A DNA stretch of 32,000 nucleotides from Pseudomonas aeruginosa (GTDB lineage: Bacteria > Pseudomonadota > Gammaproteobacteria > Pseudomonadales > Pseudomonadaceae). The stretch is taken from contig NZ_LN831024.1 in NCBI RefSeq assembly GCF_001457615.1, positions 2,610,001 to 2,642,000 of the forward strand. Direction: 5' to 3'. Made by a program: the position numbers and the translations under genes. Under the pieces are notes generated by a model. That model did no database searches and was not told the DNA's origin. It saw nothing but the letters and a program-made list of their open reading frames with translations. This document shows positions 27,495 to 32,000 of this stretch, one piece after another (positions within the stretch are counted from its first letter, which is position 1; the number at the start of each line of letters is the position of its first letter).

Positions 27495-28927
27495 CAGGCG
27501 TCTCCCCCGAATACGTCCACATCGCTGAATACGCAGGCCGGCGAGGCGTGGCCGACACGGATCACCTGGTTCGGCTCGCCCTTGCCGCAGTAGGGGGTGC
27601 CGAGCACCTCGAAGGTGCCGGCGTCGCCCACCGCGCTGAGGTTGCGCCAGAACTGCGCGGAGATGCCCCGGTAGTTGGGGTTCTTCACCACGCCCTTGAG
27701 TTCGCCGTCCTCGATCAACTGGCCCCATTCGCAGCCGAACTGGAACTTGTTGCGTGCGTCGTCGATCGACCAGGAGCGGTTGTAGGACATCAGCACCCCG
27801 CGCTCGATACCGCCCACCAGCTGCGCGAAGCTCTTGTCGCCGGGCTCCAGGTTGAGATTGGCCATGCGGTCGATGGGCGCGCGGTTCCAACTGCTGGCGC
27901 GGCTGTTGGCGACGCCCTCCAGGCCGCTGCGGTGTTGCGACAGGGCGCCGCCGAGCGGGCGCAGCAGGCGGCCTTCGCGGATCAGGTATTCCTTGCGCGC
28001 GGGGCTGCCGTCGTCGTCCTGGCGGTAGCTGGCCAGCTCCTCGGGGATTTCCGGGTCGAAGCTGACGTTGAGCAGGCTGGAGCCGTACTGGTAGCGACCG
28101 AAGTCCTCGGTCTTGATGAAGCTGGTACCGGCGTAGTTGCGCTCGTCGCCGAGGATGCGATCCAGCTCCAGCGGGTGGCCGATCGACTCGTGGATCTGCA
28201 GGATCATCTGGTCCGGCATCAGCAGCAGGTCGCAACGGCCGCTCGGGGTGTTCGGCGCCGCCAGCAGTTGCAGGGCCTGGTCGGCGATGCGCGGCGCGGC
28301 GCCGACCAGGCCGAGGCGCTCGATCACTTCGGCGCCGCCCTGCTGGCCGGCATGGTGGCCGCCGAAACTGCGGGTCTGGCTGTCATGGCCGTCGTAGGCG
28401 GTGACGCTGGCGCCGGGATAGACGAAGCGCTGCTCGTGGTATTGCTCGGCGCCGGCGCTGTTCAGGTAGAGCTGTTCCTGGCGGCTGACTTCGAGGAATA
28501 CGCTCCAGTTCACCAGGCGCTCGTCGCGCGGCACCTTGGCGGACTCCTCGGCGAGCAGTTCGTAGCACTCGGCGAGGGAGGGGAAAGGGGCGTCCTGGTT
28601 CGGCGAGCGATACTGCGAGCGGCCGCTTGCCGGCGGCAATCCGCGGACGTCGAACAGGGCGTGCCGGGCGATCCGCTCGGCTTGCCGCTCGGCCTGCTCC
28701 AGGGCGGCCTGCAGGCCGGCCGCGGAGAGATCGTTGGTGGCGGCGTAGGCTTCCACGCCGTTCAGCCGTACGCAGAGCATGGCGCCGCGGTCCTGGCTGA
28801 AGTGCGGCGGTTCGCTGACGTTGCGGCGCACCGAGAGGTACTCGCCGCTACGCTGGACGTAGCGCAAGGAGTGGAATTCGGCGCGGCTGCGGAGCGCCGC
28901 GAAGCGGTGTTTCAACGGGTCGATCAT
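27494..28927 (-). CDS. TldD-like metalloprotease family protein
   Basis: 477 aa with ILQIHESIGHPLELDRILGDERNYAGTSFI (HExxxH), SYNRSWSIDDARNKFQFGCEWGQLIEDGELKGVVKNPNYRGIS and FEVLGTPYCGKGEPNQVIRVGHASPACVF, matching the TldD C-terminus. Confidence 0.92.
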   Translation of the reverse strand: MIDPLKHRFAALRSRAEFHSLRYVQRSGEYLSVRRNVSEPPHFSQDRGAMLCVRLNGVEAYAATNDLSAAGLQAALEQAERQAERIARHALFDVRGLPPASGRSQYRSPNQDAPFPSLAECYELLAEESAKVPRDERLVNWSVFLEVSRQEQLYLNSAGAEQYHEQRFVYPGASVTAYDGHDSQTRSFGGHHAGQQGGAEVIERLGLVGAAPRIADQALQLLAAPNTPSGRCDLLLMPDQMILQIHESIGHPLELDRILGDERNYAGTSFIKTEDFGRYQYGSSLLNVSFDPEIPEELASYRQDDDGSPARKEYLIREGRLLRPLGGALSQHRSGLEGVANSRASSWNRAPIDRMANLNLEPGDKSFAQLVGGIERGVLMSYNRSWSIDDARNKFQFGCEWGQLIEDGELKGVVKNPNYRGISAQFWRNLSAVGDAGTFEVLGTPYCGKGEPNQVIRVGHASPACVFSDVDVFGGDA

Positions 28928-29077
28928 CTGTGCGTCCCTGGCCGATTGCGGAGTGGGCGAGTGCAGGACGCTCTATTTCAAGCCTTCGCCCGTAACGGAG
29001 CAAGCCGTTTGTTGTCATAGCCTGGTGCCAGGCTGCGGGTGGCTCGCCGAAGCATGCGGGCGGAATGCCTAACTATC

Positions 29078-29105
29078 GGTAAAGCAAGGGTAAATAGCGG
29101 GTAAA
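29078..29105. promoter_or_regulatory. Three phased GGTAAA direct repeats (CpxR-box-like) upstream of muxA
   Basis: GGTAAA at 29078, 29089 and 29100, exactly 11 bp apart, i.e. GTAAA-N6-GTAAA-N6-GTAAA. A candidate -35 (TTGCCT, 29112-29117) and -10 (TATCGT, 29134-29139) follow. Confidence 0.6.
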
Positions 29106-29183
29106 GAGGCTTTGCCTGGGCCCCCGCAATGCTTATCGTGCAGCCTGGAAAAAGCGCCTCCGTTCTAAGCCTGAAGAAGAACC

Positions 29184-30464
29184 ATGACTCCAACGACCGG
29201 TAAATCCAAGTTCCGTACCCTGCGCCCGTGGCTGATCACCGCCCTGGCCTTCGCCGCCGTGATCGGCCTGGTGATGTGGCTGGCGGCGCCCGCCTCGGCA
29301 CCGTCCTCCGACGGGCGACCCGGTCGCGGCGGCAAGCCGGGCGCCGCGCTGCCCAAGGCCAACGCGCTCACCGTCGGCGTGGCCAGGGTGGAGCAGGGCG
29401 ACCTGGCGCTGCATTTCAACGCGCTTGGCACCGTCACCGCCTTCAACACGGTGAACGTCAAGCCGCGGGTCAACGGCGAGCTGGTCAAGGTGCTGTTCCA
29501 GGAGGGGCAGGAGGTCAAGGCCGGCGACCTGCTGGCGGTGGTCGACCCGCGTACCTACAAGGCGGCGCTGGCCCAGGCCGAGGGCACGCTGATGCAGAAC
29601 CAGGCGCAACTGAAGAACGCCGAGATCGACCTGCAGCGCTACAAGGGGCTGTACGCCGAGGACTCGATCGCCAAGCAGACCCTGGATACCCAGGAAGCCC
29701 AGGTCCGCCAGTTGCAGGGCACCATCCGTACCAACCAGGGCCAGGTCGACGACGCCCGCCTCAACCTGACCTTCACCGAGGTCCGCGCACCGATTTCCGG
29801 GCGCCTCGGCCTGCGCCAGGTGGACATCGGCAACCTGGTCACCAGCGGCGATACCACGCCGCTGGTGGTGATCACCCAGGTCAAGCCGATCTCGGTGGTG
29901 TTCAGCCTGCCGCAGCAGCAGATCGGCACCGTCGTCGAGCAGATGAACGGCCCCGGCAAACTGACGGTCACCGCGCTGGACCGCAACCAGGACACGGTTC
30001 TCGCCGAAGGCACCCTGACCACCCTGGACAACCAGATCGACACCACCACCGGCACGGTCAAGCTCAAGGCGCGCTTCGAGAACGCCGACGGCAAGCTGTT
30101 CCCCAACCAGTTCGTCAACGTGCGCCTGCTGGCGCAGACCCTCAAGGGCGTGCTGACCATTCCGGCCAACGCCGTGCAGCGCGGCACCAACGGTATCTAT
30201 GTGTACGTGGTCGGCGCCGACAACAAGGTCAGCCAGCGCAGCGTCGCCATCGGCACCAGCGAGAACGAGCGGGTGGTGGTGGAAAGCGGCCTGAAGGCCG
30301 GCGAGCAGGTGGTGGTGGAAGGCACCGACCGCCTGCGCGACGGTATGGAAGTGCGTGTCGCCGAGGCCTCCCCGCAGGTCCTCGAGGGCGAGCCGCAGAA
30401 ACCGCAGACTGGCCGCCCCAGCGGCCTCCAGGGCGACTCGGTGGGTAGCGGGAGCGCTGAATGA
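29184..30464 (+). CDS. muxA: RND efflux periplasmic adaptor MuxA (MdtA-like)
   Basis: [79 protein letters not shown]...[26 protein letters not shown] is an HlyD/MFP adaptor. Coupling to an MdtB-like RND gene supports the mux assignment. Confidence 0.92.
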   Translation: MTPTTGKSKFRTLRPWLITALAFAAVIGLVMWLAAPASAPSSDGRPGRGGKPGAALPKANALTVGVARVEQGDLALHFNALGTVTAFNTVNVKPRVNGELVKVLFQEGQEVKAGDLLAVVDPRTYKAALAQAEGTLMQNQAQLKNAEIDLQRYKGLYAEDSIAKQTLDTQEAQVRQLQGTIRTNQGQVDDARLNLTFTEVRAPISGRLGLRQVDIGNLVTSGDTTPLVVITQVKPISVVFSLPQQQIGTVVEQMNGPGKLTVTALDRNQDTVLAEGTLTTLDNQIDTTTGTVKLKARFENADGKLFPNQFVNVRLLAQTLKGVLTIPANAVQRGTNGIYVYVVGADNKVSQRSVAIGTSENERVVVESGLKAGEQVVVEGTDRLRDGMEVRVAEASPQVLEGEPQKPQTGRPSGLQGDSVGSGSAE

Positions 30465-32000
30465 ACCCGTCCCGCCCGTTCATCCTGCGGCCGGTCGCGA
30501 CCACCCTGCTGATGGTGGCGATCCTGCTCTCGGGCCTGATCGCCTACCGCTTCCTGCCGATCTCGGCGTTGCCGGAAGTGGACTACCCGACCATCCAGGT
30601 GGTCACCCTGTACCCCGGCGCCAGCCCGGAGATCATGACCTCGTCGATCACCGCGCCGCTGGAGAACCAGCTCGGGCAGATTCCGGGGCTCAACGAGATG
30701 TCTTCCAGCAGTTCCGGCGGCGCCTCGGTGATCACCCTGCAATTCAGCCTGCAGAGCAACCTCGATGTCGCCGAGCAGGAGGTCCAGGCGGCGATCAACG
30801 CCGCGCAGAGCCTGCTGCCCAACGACCTGCCGAACCAGCCGGTGTTCAGCAAGGTGAACCCGGCGGACGCGCCGATCCTGACCCTGGCGGTGATGTCCGA
30901 CGGCATGCCGCTGCCGCAGATCCAGGACCTGGTGGATACCCGCCTGGCACAGAAGATCTCGCAGATCTCCGGGGTCGGCCTGGTCAGCATCAGCGGCGGC
31001 CAGCGCCCGGCGGTGCGGGTGCGCGCCAACCCGACGGCGCTGGCGGCGGCCGGGCTGAGCCTGGAGGACCTGCGCAGCACGGTGACCAGCAACAACCTCA
31101 ACGGCCCCAAGGGCAGCTTCGACGGCCCGACCCGTGCCTCGACCCTGGACGCCAACGACCAGTTGCGCTCGGCCGACGCCTACCGCGACCTGATCATCGC
31201 CTACAAGAACGGCTCGCCGCTGCGCATCCGCGACGTCGCCAGCGTCGAGGACGACGCCGAGAACGTGCGCCTGGCCGCCTGGGCCAACAACCTGCCGGCG
31301 GTGGTGCTGAACATCCAGCGCCAGCCGGGGGCCAACGTGATCGAGGTGGTCGACCGGATCAAGGCGCTGCTGCCGCAGCTGCAATCGACCCTGCCGGGCA
31401 ATCTCGACGTGCAGGTGCTGACCGACCGCACCACCACCATCCGCGCCTCGGTCAAGGACGTGCAGTTCGAGCTGGCGCTGGCGGTGGCGCTGGTGGTGAT
31501 GGTCACCTTCCTGTTCCTGCGCAACGTCTACGCCACCCTGATTCCCAGCTTCGCCGTGCCGTTGTCGCTGATCGGCACCTTCGGCGTGATGTACCTGTCC
31601 GGCTTCTCGATCAACAACCTGACCCTGATGGCGCTGACCATCGCCACCGGCTTCGTGGTCGACGACGCGATCGTCATGGTGGAGAACATCGCCCGCTACC
31701 TGGAGCAGGGCGACTCGCCGCTGGAAGCGGCGCTCAAGGGCTCGAAGCAGATCGGCTTCACCATCATCTCGCTGACCTTCTCGCTGATCGCCGTGCTGAT
31801 CCCGCTGCTGTTCATGGGCGACGTCGCCGGGCGGCTGTTCCGCGAGTTCGCCATCACCCTGGCGGTGGCGATCCTGATTTCCGGCTTCGTCTCCCTGACC
31901 CTTACGCCGATGCTCAGCGCCAAGCTGCTGCGCCACATCGACGAGGACCAGCAGGGCCGCTTCGCGCGCGCCGCGGGGCGGGTCATCGATGGCCTGATCG
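30461..32000 (+). CDS. muxB: RND multidrug efflux transporter MuxB (MdtB-like), 3' end beyond window
   Basis: ATGA overlap with mux[88 protein letters not shown] is an AcrB/MdtB-type RND protein and is open to the window end. Confidence 0.93.
   Translation, partial: MNPSRPFILRPVATTLLMVAILLSGLIAYRFLPISALPEVDYPTIQVVTLYPGASPEIMTSSITAPLENQLGQIPGLNEMSSSSSGGASVITLQFSLQSNLDVAEQEVQAAINAAQSLLPNDLPNQPVFSKVNPADAPILTLAVMSDGMPLPQIQDLVDTRLAQKISQISGVGLVSISGGQRPAVRVRANPTALAAAGLSLEDLRSTVTSNNLNGPKGSFDGPTRASTLDANDQLRSADAYRDLIIAYKNGSPLRIRDVASVEDDAENVRLAAWANNLPAVVLNIQRQPGANVIEVVDRIKALLPQLQSTLPGNLDVQVLTDRTTTIRASVKDVQFELALAVALVVMVTFLFLRNVYATLIPSFAVPLSLIGTFGVMYLSGFSINNLTLMALTIATGFVVDDAIVMVENIARYLEQGDSPLEAALKGSKQIGFTIISLTFSLIAVLIPLLFMGDVAGRLFREFAITLAVAILISGFVSLTLTPMLSAKLLRHIDEDQQGRFARAAGRVIDGLI

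Noticed and set aside
30197-31936. 579-aa minus-strand ORF opposite muxA/muxB
   Set aside because: Antisense shadow rich in Gln/Arg/His. The muxA and muxB frames are strongly conserved.

Overview
This 32 kb window looks like ordinary, gene-dense Pseudomonas core chromosome. From family knowledge and gene order it matches P. aeruginosa around tamAB to muxABC-opmB, roughly the PA2552-PA2527 neighbourhood, but I did no database lookup. I see no tRNA, rRNA, CRISPR array, prophage or transposase. Supported genes, left to right: 3' end of an acyl-CoA dehydrogenase; LysR regulator; a second acyl-CoA dehydrogenase; small hypothetical; TerC-family protein; a PstS-like/OmpA-like fusion; LysR divergent from a VOC/glyoxalase-family protein; xthA; a GNAT-like protein; tamA-tamB; a six-gene lipid-metabolism operon; aldo/keto reductase divergent from a LysR; AGCS sodium:alanine symporter; tpx; a Tat-signal-bearing PLP aminotransferase; a TldD/TldE-like pair; muxA and the start of muxB. 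The best candidate for an under-described system is the operon at 14448-20305, immediately downstream of tamAB. It encodes a CDP-alcohol phosphatidyltransferase, an alpha/beta hydrolase-methyltransferase fusion, a PAP2/dual-specificity-phosphatase fusion, a small membrane protein, a PlsC-like acyltransferase and a CdsA-like cytidylyltransferase. It resembles the uncharacterised E. coli ynbABCD module, expanded by two genes. The main regulatory signals are three 11-bp-phased GTAAA repeats upstream of muxA (CpxR-box-like), a 19-bp palindrome between tamB and the lipid operon, a strong hairpin in the tpx leader, and an 81-bp palindromic intergenic element at 20411-20491.
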